NCBI GenBank assembly: GCA_028534125.1
Contig: CM052832.1
Coordinates: 20,462,001 to 20,526,000 of the forward strand
Source of the DNA: Lama glama
Taxonomy: Eukaryota
Reading direction: 5' to 3'
Length of the DNA stretch: 64,000 nucleotides
The notes beneath the pieces were generated by a model, which was not told the DNA's origin, did not search any database, and saw only the letters and a list, made by a program, of their open reading frames with translations. Within the stretch, counting starts at the first letter, position 1. Each line of letters begins with the position of its first letter. Shown in pieces: positions 25,875 to 38,717 of the stretch. The translations under genes and the position numbers were made by a program.

Positions 25875-25990
25875 CTCTATTCATGTAACATTTACTGAGC
25901 ATTAACCACATGCTCTGCCTGGTGAAAGAGTACAAAAATATGACTAATATGTCATTTTTATTTTCAAGGTGCTTACAATGCTGTTGGAAA
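25875..25990 (-). mobile_element. LINE-2 3' fragment
   Basis: ATTCATGTAACATTTACTGAGCA...TTCAAGGTGCTTACAATG. Confidence 0.5.
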
Positions 25991-27084
25991 AATATATGCA
26001 GACATACTTGAAAAACAAAATATAAATAACGTCCACGAACGCCCCTCTTCTTATAGTTCACCAAATCTGGGAAGGGTTTGTATGCTTCTACCATCTTACA
26101 GAGGTCTGAAAGTGAATCACTGGACTTAATCCACTGAAAAATACACAATAACCAAAATATTAGGAATCAGGGTGAGGTTCTTTATTATCTCGATTTATAA
26201 GAATTAGATGGAGGAAGGCTCCAAACCTGCAACGGTCTCATCATCTAATCTTACGAGATTTCAGAAAGAGCTATACACACAAGAGACAGTGACAAATGAG
26301 AAGTTCAGTTACCACATTATTATAATTATCCAACTGTCCATAACTCCCAATTAAAGCCCATAAGAAATCTGGTTGGAATGCCTGACTTAAGACAGAAGGA
26401 GAGGCCCTTCTGTGGCTTTAAGTTCTCATCTCTAGCAAACTACTAAGTCCAAATTAATGAGAAATCCAAGACATGAAAGCAATGGTGTGAGATTAACATG
26501 GTTCACCATCCCCCAAAGTGTCAGACCAAACTGCTGCTTTTACAATGTGGATAAGAGATTGAGAAAGAGGTGGGGGCAGGCACAGTAACCTGCCAGATGG
26601 AAGCAAGAAGCAAAAATGACAGGGCTACTTGCATGCGTGTTGTTTCTTAACAGAGTTATCCTCCACCAACCCCTCCGTGATTCAAGTTACACCTTTGTCC
26701 TACCTTACAACAAATTCTGAACACTACTTACAAATACCCTAGATAGTTAATAGATACTTCTAACTGGGAAGAAATCTATAAGGCTACACAAAATCCGTGA
26801 TAATTGTCAACACATTCTGAAAGGAGAAACTTTATAATAAAGCAAATAATAACAACACATAAACCTCACCTCAGTGGAAGCTAACACTCTGTTGCTTTTA
26901 AAGCCATCCCATCAAGTTGTGACATTTCACGCAACTTACAAATAATTTCTCACGACTTTATTTTACTTTATTTCTTTTTAGAAATATTACTACATTTCCT
27001 TTTGACTACTATATTTTTTCCATTTTCATACACATGTTGCTGCCTTGGCCCATAACATAGCTAACAAATAAAACATAATTTCAG

Positions 27085-27225
27085 GGGAGGAACATCACCA
27101 GGGTGGCAGATAGGAGACCCCGGGCTGTTTCCCCAACAAAGAACAATAATTAGACAGCTATCCATGAATGGAGACAGACCTAGGAGAACACAGGAATTCA
27201 TTTATCAAGTTTCAGCCACACAATG
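27085..27225 (+). mobile_element. Isolated L1 5'-terminal fragment (old L1M 5' UTR start)
   Basis: GGAGGAACATCACCAGGGTGGCAGATAGGAGACCCC...AAAGAACAATAATTAGACAGCTATCCATGAA resembles the start of ancestral L1M 5' UTRs. Confidence 0.5.
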
Positions 27226-28509
27226 AAAACTCCATTTTGCGTTGAAGAATTTAAAGTAGACTTTTGTGTTCCTACCAACAGCCATCTCATACATTTTGTT
27301 CACCGTCTTGTGAACTTAAAGAGATAATCACCAGAATTTTCATCACCACACAGTTCATTGATTAAGACAGGATTTTAGATCTGTCTGGATGACATCTCAG
27401 CATAGTAGGGTCTGTAGGTTGACTAAGTGAGAAGCTCGGAGGAAGGATCATCACTGTTCAATTTCTCTAGTGGAACAGAAAAGAATGGCCCCTGAGCCTG
27501 AGAGAGATGAAAAGGAGAAGAAAGGGACAAGGATATTGTCCATGCAACTCACAGTGTGGTAGAATGACATTCCTCTAACCTTAGGAATTTACCCTAGAAA
27601 GGATATTATGTTAAGGCTATTTAAGTTTCTTGAATGCATTTCAACATGTTCCCTCCACGCCAAACCTCCAAGGCTCCTCGTGGCCAGACACTTTCAGGAA
27701 ACAACTTGGGTGACTGATGGCACATCTCCGTAACGAGGTGGGTGGCAGTGCAGCGTTCAGTTCCCAAGTGGAGTCTACCTCTGCACCCAGGGCTTTGCTC
27801 ACTTGTCAGTAACCTCAACAGCACATACCTGCCTCTTACTTACTGCTTAATGAAACAACAGACTGCTCTGCCTACCATCTAGTAGTTGTTAATATCCTAA
27901 TAATACTAACTTATGCAATATCAGGCTGAATTGTAAGGCTGACAAGAGCCCGTGTGTGTGGAAATGTAATTACAGTGGAATTTTAATGATAAATCACTGT
28001 TGTTTCCCTCTGCCTTAATAAACTGTCAGGTACCACCAAAAAAAGAGCAGAAGCAATTAAGGGAAGCAACAGGATCTTGGGCTGAGGGACAGGAGTGATG
28101 GAGGAAACAGACCCTCTGCCCCCTGCCCAAATAGCTTACATAAACTGCTGGTACTTAACAGCTGTGAACTCCGAGCAGCAGGAAATCAGCCTCCTCATTC
28201 ATCCACCTAGGATAGAGCATTGTGATTTCTCATACAAAGGTACAGATGTTCAACTCTGATAAAGTACCTTGGACATCCAAAGAGCTCATTAAATTCCACC
28301 CATTATTTCTGTGTTCCCTCAGTATCTATTCAAAGAAGATATTTATAAGACACTAACATTTTATTTAGTTTAATTCAAAGGCAGGAGATCCCTAACTTCC
28401 TAGGTCTTTAAGCTCTGATTGTTAGAATGGATAGATGAGCATACAGAGGCTGCAGTATATCTAGGACAGTGCACGGCACAGGACAGGAACCAAGCTGCTC
28501 AGCAGGGCA

Positions 28510-28770
28510 CAGCAGAGGGTGTAGACAGTGATAGACCAGCGTTCACAGCCCAGCTCTGCAACTTAACAGCTGGGTGACTTTCGACAAAGATCCTTAAACC
28601 TCTTCCATACTCTGTTTCCTGATTTGTAAAGTGAAGATATTAGTCAGTAACATCAACTTCATAAGGTTGCTACGGAGAACAAATTAAATAATGCATTAGA
28701 CCTCTGACTCGCTACAATTCTTGCTACCTGTAATGCACTCAGTACATTACTATTAATAGCAGTTTATTAT
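28510..28770 (+). mobile_element. MIR SINE
   Basis: CCCAGCTCTGCAACTTAACAGCTGGGTGACTTT...TCTGTTTCCTGATTTGTAAAGTGAAGATA. Confidence 0.75.
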
Positions 28771-28869
28771 TATATTATCGATTGCCATGTAGATACTTAT
28801 TTGCCCTCACCCTGCAGTCTCAACACACTTACTAGATTTTGTTCCTGTGGGCGGACCAAAGGATAGAAT

Positions 28870-29040
28870 CATACAGCATCTGTACAGACAGGACTACCAT
28901 AATTACACTGTCTAACCCTGTTATTAGGTACACGAGGAAACTAAGCTGAATTCATACATTTAATCACAAATCGGCCAAAGCTAAGTGTCAGGCTCTGAAA
29001 TAGGCACTCAAGATACACACTTGAATAGAGCAGAGTCTTA
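28870..29040 (-). mobile_element. MIR SINE fragment
   Basis: TCTAACCCTGTTATTAGGTACACGAGGAAACTAAG...AAAGCTAAGTGTCAG. Confidence 0.45.
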
Positions 29041-29269
29041 CTCATTTGTGATGCATCATCTTTATAATGAAATAGGCAGGTGGAGGCAAGTGAGAAATGC
29101 ACCAAAAAGGCGAGCTCCTATTGACACTCAGACACGGAGGAGGAAGAGCTTATCCCTGACTGGGGCAGCCTGAGGTGTTCTAGGCAAGATGGTATTTGCT
29201 GTATTGTGAAGCAACTGCATGCGACAGAGACACTAAGGAAAAAATTAGGTAAGAGTACAGGCAAGTAAA

Positions 29270-30050
29270 TGATGTGTAAACATCATTGCTTATTAAGGAA
29301 ATGCAAATTAAAACCCTAAACAGTTACCACTACATTAGTATTGGAATGGACAAAAATAAATAAATAAATAAAAAACAAACTACTGAAATCCCAAGAATCG
29401 GAGAGAGCTGGGAGCAACTTGATATCTCCCATGTTGCTGGTGGGGATTAAAACGCTATAGCGACTGTCAAAACCAGTTTGTCAATTTCTTACAAAGTCAA
29501 CCATCCACTGAACAAATGATGCAATTCCTCCTCCTAGGTACTGGCCTCAGTGAAATGAAAAATCATGTTTATACAAAAGATCCTTCATGACTATTTACAG
29601 CAGTTTATTCATAATCTCCAAAAAACTAGAAACAATCCAAATGTCCTTCAGTGGGTGAATAGATAAACAAACTGTGGTATGTTCTTACCACGGACTAGTA
29701 TCCAGCAATAACAAGAAGACACTACTGATGCACAGAATGACATGAATGGATCTCAGATGCATTATGCTAAGTGAAAGAAGCCATTCCCAGTACCCTAATA
29801 ATGTCTGATTTCATCCAAGTGCCACATTGGACAAGGGAAAAACTTAGGGAGAGAAAACAAATGAGTGCTTTCTATGGGACAGGAGAAGGCACTGACTTTA
29901 AATGGGCATGAAGAAAACTGTGGGGTTGATGAAACAGTTCCAGATTTCAATTGTGGTGCTGGTCACTCGGTTATACGCATCTCCCAAAATCATAAACCTG
30001 TACCCTAAAAGGATGAATTTTACTGTCTGTTAATTATATCTTAATTTTAA
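29270..30050 (+). mobile_element. Old LINE-1 (L1MC/L1ME-type) ORF2 C-terminus and 3' UTR
   Basis: AGGAAATGCAAATTAAAACC, CAAATGTCCTTCAGTGGGTGAATAGATAAACAAACTGTGGTAT, ATTATGCTAAGTGAAAGAAGCCA, TGAATTTTACTGTCTGTTAATTATATCTTAA. Confidence 0.85.
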
Positions 30051-32231
30051 AAAAAGGCCAAAATAGTCTATGTGCAAAGATCTAGAAATATAATACAGCA
30101 TAGCAAATTCAGGTTTTGCAAGCACGACCAGAGTATATGGGGTATCATATAAGAACCTGGCTTAGAGTAGAAACCCAATGAATAAGTACAACATAAACGA
30201 ATGGAGGGGAATTACTGTGCTGTGAGTCTGGAAATAGAAGCCAACTTCCACAAAATCATGGAATAACTGGCAAAGTCAGTATGCTTAAATTTGGTTTGGT
30301 GATGTAATGGATACCTTTGCTGTGAATATTATTTAGTAAGTCCTGTCTTAAAGAAAGGGAGAAAATGCAGGAAGATGGCGTGCATCAGGGCAGCCACACA
30401 GACTGACTACAATGAGATGGTTCCCGTTAAATCTGTGCAAGAGCCACACACACAGCAGTCCTGGGAAGCATGCGCTGGGAGACCATTTCTCTATTTTCAC
30501 TTCTGTAGATGTTTGAGAGACATTTGCTAAGGAGAAATATGAGTGACAGAGAAACACGAAATCAAAGTGCAGAACACCAGGGCTATATAGTCCCACTGGC
30601 TTTTTGTAATTAGGCCACCTTAGTCAAATGATTTTCAACAATTTTCCACAGGTATTTGTCCAGCGCATGCTGGCTTTATAATACTACAGAGGACTGTATT
30701 TGAAGATAAGGTCATACAAAAATTATTCTCGTGGAGTAAAAATTCATCTTAAACATGAGTCACAATAAGAAGTCAACGTGATGTCTTAGGACATGTAGAG
30801 AAATAAGCAACTGTGCCACCCCATGGAGCTAGGCACCCCACCGCTGAGGAAAAGCCGGAATTAGGGGATTAGTATAGGAAAGTGAACAGAGTTCTTCCTT
30901 CAGCGTGGACGGTAGGATTTTCATCATATTTATCATTTCTGGAGCAGGGGGTGTTTTAAGTGGCTTACAAACTGTTATTATTTGTTTCTCCAAGACGAGG
31001 ACTGTAAATAAATATTAGCCTCTTGAGAAAATGACTTTAGAAGGTTAAGATCAGGCAGAAAGTCAAATGCTAAACAGGAACTTTACCTCGTCCCACCATC
31101 TCAGCGCTGTGCCACTCCATTGTGAAAATATGCTTGTTCAACACCTTGAACTTCCATTTCTTTTCAGAAAAAGGACAGCTTGCAGTTTTTTGGTTTTTTT
31201 TTTTTAAATAATAATACTTGTAGGTAAAGGGCCAGATGGGATTAGGAGAATGAGGAAAGAGAGCCAGAAACAGGAAATGAGATGTCAGGGGAACAAAGGA
31301 CAAGTAGAGAAAAGTTTAGAGAAGTTACTCTGTGCTTCTACCAAGAATCTACACATTGGGGTTTTATCACGACTGAGTCTTTTGAGATTCATCCGTCACT
31401 AAACAGTACTAAGCACACTGTCTTTAAAGGAAATCTTTGTTCTAATTCCCCCCTGACAGGAAAAAGCTTCTGGGTTCACTCAACCCTAACTTTATCCTTT
31501 ACAAAGGAAAACTATAGAGAGAATGGCCTCACTCCCGGGGGCTTCCCCACTCTCTTGTTCAACTCGCTCTGGCTCACCAGACAAGGGCTTAGACTCCCTC
31601 CATCCACCTGCTGCAGCCCTCACACAACCAAAAGGCCCGCTTAGATGCTTTTATTTTCTTTCCTTTGGGGTTCCTCAAAGTCTAGGTGCCCCAGAGAGCA
31701 ATCCTTTGTAAGTAGGTGACCTAAGTGATTGATAAAAGGGCTGGAACATTCCAAAAGATAGAAAGGTTATTCCTGGTCTTCCCCCACCCCACAATAGTGA
31801 ATATCTGACCCAGATTCAAATCATCAGAGGATGAGACTTCCAATCCAATATTAAAATACAAAGAAATGGCAATATCTCTCGCACTGAACTTGACTGCTGA
31901 GAGCCTTGAACATCTATCATCTGTGAAGAACGCAGACAAGGCCTCCTTCAAAGCAGGACTGCATTCACCTTATTTTAGAAAAATGGGCATTTACTTAATA
32001 TAAAGGAATTCCATCAAAAATATTTACTCTCAAAATTCAAAAATTCTTATAACTTTTTATTACTCTGTAATGGAATTTTACAATATTTATCTCCAATCTT
32101 GTGTTTATGCTGCAGATTATAATTTCACATATATTGCAAAACTGCAGAAACATTCCCAAGAAATACTGCTAGGTTTGGGATTACAATTATCACCTCCTGT
32201 CCTAGTGATTGTACCATTCTCACCCCATGTG

Positions 32232-32575
32232 TATCCAGTAAGATCCTTGTTTGCAAGCAATAGAAACTGATCCTGTACATAGAAAAGCATTTATCGGAAA
32301 TATAATGGGCTCACAGAATCAGCAGAAGATAAAAATTAAATTTAGGTCACAGACCAAAAGTAAAGGAATTTGTTGCAGACAAGAAGCAAGAAGAGAAACA
32401 ACTGCTTTTGGCAGAAATGTCCAGTTGAGGTGCTGCCCCACCACTGAACACTGATGGGGCTGGACACTGAGAGAGCTACGAATGCACCTTCAGTCTCTCT
32501 CTCTGAACTGCCTGCTCCAACTTAATACTGTGAGTTGGAAACATCTACTGGTCAAGCCTAGGTCATGTCCTGGTG
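32232..32575. mobile_element. Old MaLR (MLT1-type) LTR fragments
   Basis: TGTTTGCAAGCAATAGAAACTGA and TGGTCAAGCCTAGGTCATGTCC are MLT1J/K-like motifs. Confidence 0.45.
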
Positions 32576-33045
32576 TGTTCAGACCGCTGATTCCTTGCCC
32601 AAACCCTTTTTACAAGTCACTGTTAACCACTGGAACATCTTCCTTTCAAAGGTCTTCTTGATTACAAAAATTTTTAAAAAAAGCTGAAACTTCAAAGTGG
32701 GAGAAAAAAGACCTTCTTTATATAGCTACATAAACATGAAACAGTAGCTCAAATATCAATAGAGATACATATGGTAATAAAAGAAAAAAATTAATTTTTT
32801 AAAAAAAAAGATAACTGGTTATTAATCTGCCTCTACTTTGCTATGGCATTCATTTCAGCTGAAGTGTGCTCATGTTTGGTTACACCACAAATTCTGAAGG
32901 CACTCACTAAAACCAACAAAGAGATTCTTCTCCCCTATGTGGTTATTTCTTGATTACAGTGAAAGCCATTGGCCTAAGAACAGGTGGCTTTCTTCAATCG
33001 GCTGAGGTCCCGAGAGATGAGAGGGGAGGCAGGGCTTGCAAGAGC

Positions 33046-33128
33046 TGTCACCAGCTGGCAGTGGCTCAGTCATCCCAAGACTTTGTGTCACCAGCTGGCA
33101 GTGGCTCAGTCATCCCAAGACTTTGTGT
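33046..33128. repeat. Perfect 40-bp tandem duplication
   Basis: TGTCACCAGCTGGCAGTGGCTCAGTCATCCCAAGACTTTG at 33046-33085 and 33086-33125, followed by TGT. Confidence 0.97.
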
Positions 33129-33935
33129 TACTTTCTGGAAAGGGGAAATTTCAGAAACTACAAAGCTTCTCTCAGCTTTGATTTGGCCCACAGTTCAGAA
33201 CAGCTGTAAAAGTTGAATCTTGCAGGGGGCAAAAAAAAAAAAAAAAAAAAAAGAAACAAAAAACAAGGTCAAGACTGGTTATAATGTGGTTTTACTAGAG
33301 TGCATTGTTTTCAGAAGAGGGAAAAACCACTACGTATGAATATGCAGAGAGTGAAAAATGAGAAAAACATGTTCATTTTATTTCAAGCTAAAGAGATTGG
33401 GCCCACAACCCCAATTATATATGTGCTGCTAGAGGCAGAATGAATAACTACTTGTCTTTGAAATGCTCTAAGATATATTTTAGCAGCTTATATCTCCAAA
33501 AGCATTCACTACTTTCAGGGCTTCCCCCCCCCCCAGCTCTTATGATCTGAATAATGGGTTGGGGGGGAGTAATCCTAAATGTTAAGCAAGTTAGTGAAAC
33601 AAAATTATTAAAAAATGAGTGCCTGATTTCTGCTGTATCCTACTGATTCAGAAGCAAAGTAAAAGATTCTTCTCTCTGGACTTACTTGCTTTTATTTATT
33701 CCCTGCTGCAAAAAGATTTCTTTTTCCCCAAATAATTTAAACATCTCTCTCTCTTCTCTAGAGGTTCAAACTAGTTTTTTTTTTTTTTTCAAAAGCAGTG
33801 GATTGGGAGAGAGGAGTTTTATCCCCAAATCGTTACCAGGTTTTTCATGATTCTGTTATCAATTAGCTGGAAGTGTTCACATCACTTCTGACAATACATG
33901 CCAGCAGGAAGGTAGTTCTATTTTAATTATTTAGG

Positions 33936-34045
33936 ATAGTACTTCTCAGTCCTTGATGCACATTAGAATTCCCTGGAGTGCTTAAACAAAACAGGTGTCT
34001 GGGCTTTATTCCAGACGAGCTAAACCATAATCTCTACACAGGGAA
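33936..34045. mobile_element. MER5A-like hAT-Charlie fragment
   Basis: TAGTACTTCTCAGTCCTTGATGCACATTAGAATTCCCTGGAGTGCTT...AATCTCT. Confidence 0.6.
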
Positions 34046-34624
34046 CCCAGTCGTTGGTGTTTTGCTTCTAGCTCTCAGTTGAATCTACAGTAATGGGAGA
34101 CGGGGCTAAAAACCCCTCTTCCCAGGAAGCTGCCACTTCTTTGTGGCTGAGGATCAACACTTGTACAAAAGGATTTCTATCAGGACACAAAGAAAGAATT
34201 AGAACCCCACTTTTCCTTCCTTCCCCCGACAGAGAAGTAGACTCTGCCAACTTACTTTGTGAGCTCAAATGGAATATCACAGCAACGGTCACTTTACCAA
34301 ACCTCACACCTCTAGTTCCTTCTCCCTAATTAGCCTCCTTGACCCAAACAGAGCCACTTAAACTTGTAGCTTCAGTACCTCAGACTCTCAGAGAACATGA
34401 TTGTCACTCCATTGCTTGCTATAAATTTTATCATCCATCAGAGAATGCAGAAATCCCTTGCCAATTTCTGGAAATATTTTTAAAGCACTTTTAAAATTCT
34501 AAGGATGAGTTCCCCACTGGTATTCACTTGATGGGCATAGAAAACTCAGTTGAAAGGACTGCAGAGGAGGCTGCCATGGGGCCCAGCTGGGGCCCAACTC
34601 CCACAAAACAGAGCAACAGCTCTC

Positions 34625-34760
34625 CAATTTGACATTCTGATTCAGTACATCTGAGGTGAAACCTAAAGCTCGGCATTTTTTAATAGGAACCTCAGAAGAT
34701 TCTGCAACAGATGGTTTGCAGACCACCCAGATGGTTTGCAGACCACCCAGGGAAACATGG
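34625..34760. mobile_element. MER5A1-like fragment containing a 20-bp tandem duplication
   Basis: ATTCTGATTCAGTACATCTGAGGTG...GCATTTTTTAATAGG...GATTCTG; CAGATGGTTTGCAGACCACC twice at 34708-34747. Confidence 0.6.
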
Positions 34761-34819
34761 CCATCGGCTGTTAAATGAAACGCTTTCAGAGAAACCAGGA
34801 GTGTGTAGGTGGGGAAAGC

Positions 34820-35120
34820 TAAGCTGTGTTCAAATATTTAAAAGGCTTTCTTGTTTGGAAAAAAATTAAATAGATCCTTTTTTAAAACTCTCTTCTTTAA
34901 GCTTCCAAAAGATAGAAAAAGTGAAACATGGGTGGAAAATCTAGAAAACCTGATTTGGCCTCAGTTTAGAAAAGAATTTTATAGTAATCAAACTGAACTG
35001 CCTTAGAAAATAGTATTTCTTGATTCATCCCAGAATGATGGCCACTTAGCAAAGATACTACCAAGGGGATTCAAGCTTGTGGTGGGAAGACAGTTCAGTA
35101 TGCCAGATCCCTTAAATCAT
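34820..35120 (+). mobile_element. CR1/L3 LINE 3' fragment
   Basis: CTGTGTTCAAATATTTAAAAGGCT...ATGGGTGGAAAATCTAG...GATTTGGCCTCAGTTTAGAAAAGAATTTT...GATGGCCACTTAGC...GGGGATTC. Confidence 0.6.
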
Positions 35121-35399
35121 GAATTCACACAGAATAACAAAGTTCATTATGGGTCTAAGTTTTTACCTTTATGGTAGTTTGAAAAAATATATATAACTGG
35201 ACATGTGTGCACCATATTTAACTCATTTCCTAAAGCACCTCGATACACCTTGAGTATCTTATAGCAAGGAATCATGAAACTAGCTTTTGGGTTAAGAAGC
35301 TTTAACCCAAACATTTAATAGGGCTGCAAAAAAAAAATGTTCATCACCTCTTTAAGTTTAGAGGCAAGCATCTAAGCTAACCCAACAGAGATAACTAGC

Positions 35400-36440
35400 C
35401 AGCAAGTCAGAAAGACAGAGACACAGAGATAAACAGACAGCTGGATAGAGAGAATGAGGTGAGAGAGAGAGAGAGATTCATTCATTCCTGGCTAAGATGG
35501 ACTAAGCACACTCCAATCCATCTGTCCTACTGAATGCAGCTTTAACACCTGGAAAGAATGTGCATGGAGCAGCTATTTGAGGATGTTGAAAAGAAAACAG
35601 AGGTAAGGGGGTTGGATAAGAAGACCAAAATTGAAAGTACCACCAAACAGACAGTGAGTTCACCAATTTTATTCCCCTCCAGAGTTCCATGGCCTGAATT
35701 CAAGATGGCCCGTGAACTGGAAGGGGCCCTGGCACACACAGAAACCTAGGAGAAAGCACTCTAGTTGATGGCTGCACTGTCTATGTATAGCCAGCTGCCT
35801 CTCTGCCCTAGTGACTCTAATGGTGCCTTAACGTCAGCCCAGTGGTCAGGACTTGGCAATAACTGGGTGTGTGAAAGTCACTACTAAAATCTCAGATTTC
35901 CTAACTTTAGAGGTGAATTAATCCATATTTTGCTCTTATCTCTCTACCCTCAAGTTCAAATGCATAAAAGAAATGCACAGAACAATAAATATTCTGTTCA
36001 TAAAAGAGAGGGGGGGCCTCCTAATGCTCAGAGAGAGCATGGAAATCTGTTTTTCTTCTTTTTCCCCCCTTTTGTTCCATTCTTTAGTGCCTCAGCCTCC
36101 AAGTGATTTTAGAGCAGTGGTGGCAATGACAGCAGCCAGACCCAGCAGGACCCCATAACTTTGAAGGAAGAAAATCTTCCCCTCCAAACAAAGGGAAGGA
36201 GCTCCCCCCATCTCAGTTACTTCCCCTACTCATCCTCCTTTCCCATTTCTCCTTCCCCTCCTGCTCACTCACCCCCCTGATCAGGATGTGGGTGCAGTCA
36301 AGGAAAGTGGGCAGCTGAGCAGGATGTACTAAAGCAGAATGTATTTCAGGCTATAGGAGTGAAAAAGAGGAATCTGAAGGAACAAGGAATTACCAGGGAG
36401 ATAGCAGGAGAGGGAAGAGCTTGAAAGCAAGTTAAATGAC
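35400..36440. mobile_element. Probable ancient LTR fragments (family unresolved)
   Basis: GA-rich and CT-rich blocks and motifs reminiscent of old ERVL/Gypsy LTRs; no confident consensus match. Confidence 0.3.
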
Positions 36441-36559
36441 TGTTTAGACTGCTAAATGAAAAGCTTTCAGAGAAACCAGGTATATGCAGTTTTGTCCACA
36501 GTACATGAATTCCTGTCTTCACCTGATCCGCACCAGTGTGGATCTGAATCTAAACAGCA

Positions 36560-37390
36560 CACATAGACTTTGAGAAGAAACATTGAAATAGTCTGTTGCC
36601 CAAATCCCAGACTGGCTGGCTGCCTGAAGAACATACAGGACAAATTTGAACAGCACTGTAAAGGACTTTAAAACCAAATTGACATTGGGACCACAACCCA
36701 AAGAAATTTGGTCAAAATGTGACTTGAACCCAATCAAGTTGATGGCTGCTAAAGCAAAGGTATCAACATTCTCTGTAGGGCTTCAACTAGACCCAGAGAT
36801 GCAATGTAATATTCAGAATGTCCACAATGTAACACAAAATTACTTGCCATACATAAAACCTGGAAAATCTTAGCTTGCATAGGAAAAGAATCTGAGATGA
36901 TAGAGTTTTTCGAATTATCTACCAGGAACTTGAAAGCAGTTACAAAAAATTCTCCAACTAGAAAGAGTGACAGAAACATCCTTGAAACAAGAGGAAAGAC
37001 AGAAAATCTCAGCAAAGAAATAGAAGACATAAAGAAGAACTAAATGAAAATTTTAGAACTGAAAAGTGTAATCATTGAAATAAAAATCTCATAGGATGGT
37101 CTCAAGGATCAGAATGGAGGTGGCAGAGGAAAGAGTCAGCAAACTTGAAGATCCCTTGAATAGATATTATTCAATCTGAACAATGAAGAAAAAAGGGAAA
37201 AAAATTAAGAAAACAACAAATGAATAGAGCACCAGGTAACCATGAGACAATACCAAAAAGTCTAATGCTTGTATTATCATAGTGTCGGAAGGAGAAGAGA
37301 AAAAACTGTGGACCTGCAAAGAAAAAAAAAAAAAAACTAAAAGGAACAATGCTGAAAACTTCCCAAATATGGTGAAGGACCACCTACAAA
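36560..37390 (+). mobile_element. Old LINE-1 5' UTR end and ORF1 fragment (disrupted)
   Basis: GAAAATCTCAGCAAAGAAATAGAAGACATAAAGAAGAAC...AGAATGGAGGTGGCAGAGGAAAGAGTCAGCAAACTTGAAGAT...ATGCTGAAAACTTCCCAAAT (AENFPN-type motif). Confidence 0.8.
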
Positions 37391-38572
37391 AAATTCTGCC
37401 TGCATCCTGAGCAGAGCAGCCAGGGGACAGAGAGAAAAAGTCATGGGAATTAGCCCTGCCCTCTTGTAATCAGAGCTGCTGGAAACCTCAGTTAGTCTGT
37501 CTCCCGTGGGCTTCCGTGGCTGCAACTCCCAGTGCTGCCGTGGATTAGCTAGTGGCTGGCGTGGGGGCAGGGAGGGACAATGGAGGCAGGATGTTGATCT
37601 CCTCACTCTTACAGTTGTTAAGTCCTATTCGTGACTCTTCAAGCCAGGTTTCTCCTGGAACTTTCTCTGACTGCACTGGTAGTGCTCACTTCCAGAGTGC
37701 TGGCTATGTTAGGTCCAGGCCAGGGAATATCAGAGGGACAAAAAAGGACCACTCACTGCGGGGTCCAGGAGTCCTGGACATGCGTACCTCATCCCCAGTC
37801 CTCCCGCTACTATTTCTTTTACAGGGCCCACAAACAGCTGCTCCCTACCTGCTATCTGGATCTTACACCTGCTTTCCATCGGGGAGACAAGGAGTGCTTT
37901 CTCTGTGTTACCCAGAACCAGAACCTCATTCTTCTAGAATAATTTCAACCAAGGATAAGAAAAATATACATTCTGGGAAAATTACTAAATATTATAAAAC
38001 TTGACTTCTTGCACCTCTGGGTAATATTATTGCAGATGAATGCTAAACTAGTCACTTTTGGTTTTCTGTTTATAGATTACTCAAAGGAATCGAATTTCCT
38101 TATATTCCTAGTCACTTTTCCCATCACACTGCTACCAATATGTATTGAAGAACTAGGGGGATATTTTAATTGAGTCCATAAAAATCATCTTTTAGAAAGT
38201 TAAAGCATTTGTCCCTAAACACTTTCCAAATTTAAATAGTCCTGATTTTGGACTATCCATGCCACTGATTACCATCATGAGTACAAACAGTACTAATTTG
38301 TGGAAGGTAGCTATAGATTGAAAATATATGTATAGTGGTACTGTAACATGCAATTTCATACATTCTTTATTGTATTGTTCATTTAGCAGAGATCTGTTGA
38401 GTGGTCATCTATTCTGGCTTTGACAGCGTGGCAGTGAATAAATGTGTTAAGGTTCTGTCTTCATCCTATCAGTGTGGATATTTGAATAAAGTATTGCAGG
38501 CTTGCCGACAAGCACAGCTGTTCTGTGTTGTTGTTCTGAATATGCACATGTTTTTTCTTACTGATTCTGCAG

Positions 38573-38717
38573 GCAGACTGTGCCTCTGGTGATCTTTACA
38601 ACAGGATGGAGACCGGACAGTTCACATTTCTTTCAAATGTACACCACATGGAGAGTTTGGGGCCGTTACAAACTTCATGTTCAACTGAGTGATCTTAAAC
38701 ATAACAATGTGGTTTAG
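38573..38717 (+). other. Candidate 145-nt exon (plus strand)
   Basis: ttttttcttactgattctgcag|GCAGACTG...GTGGTTTAG|gtatga in non-repetitive sequence; no frame stays open into a next exon. Confidence 0.25.

Noticed and set aside
37552..38004. 150-aa ORF
   Set aside because: Non-ATG start, no recognisable domain and no convincing splice context.
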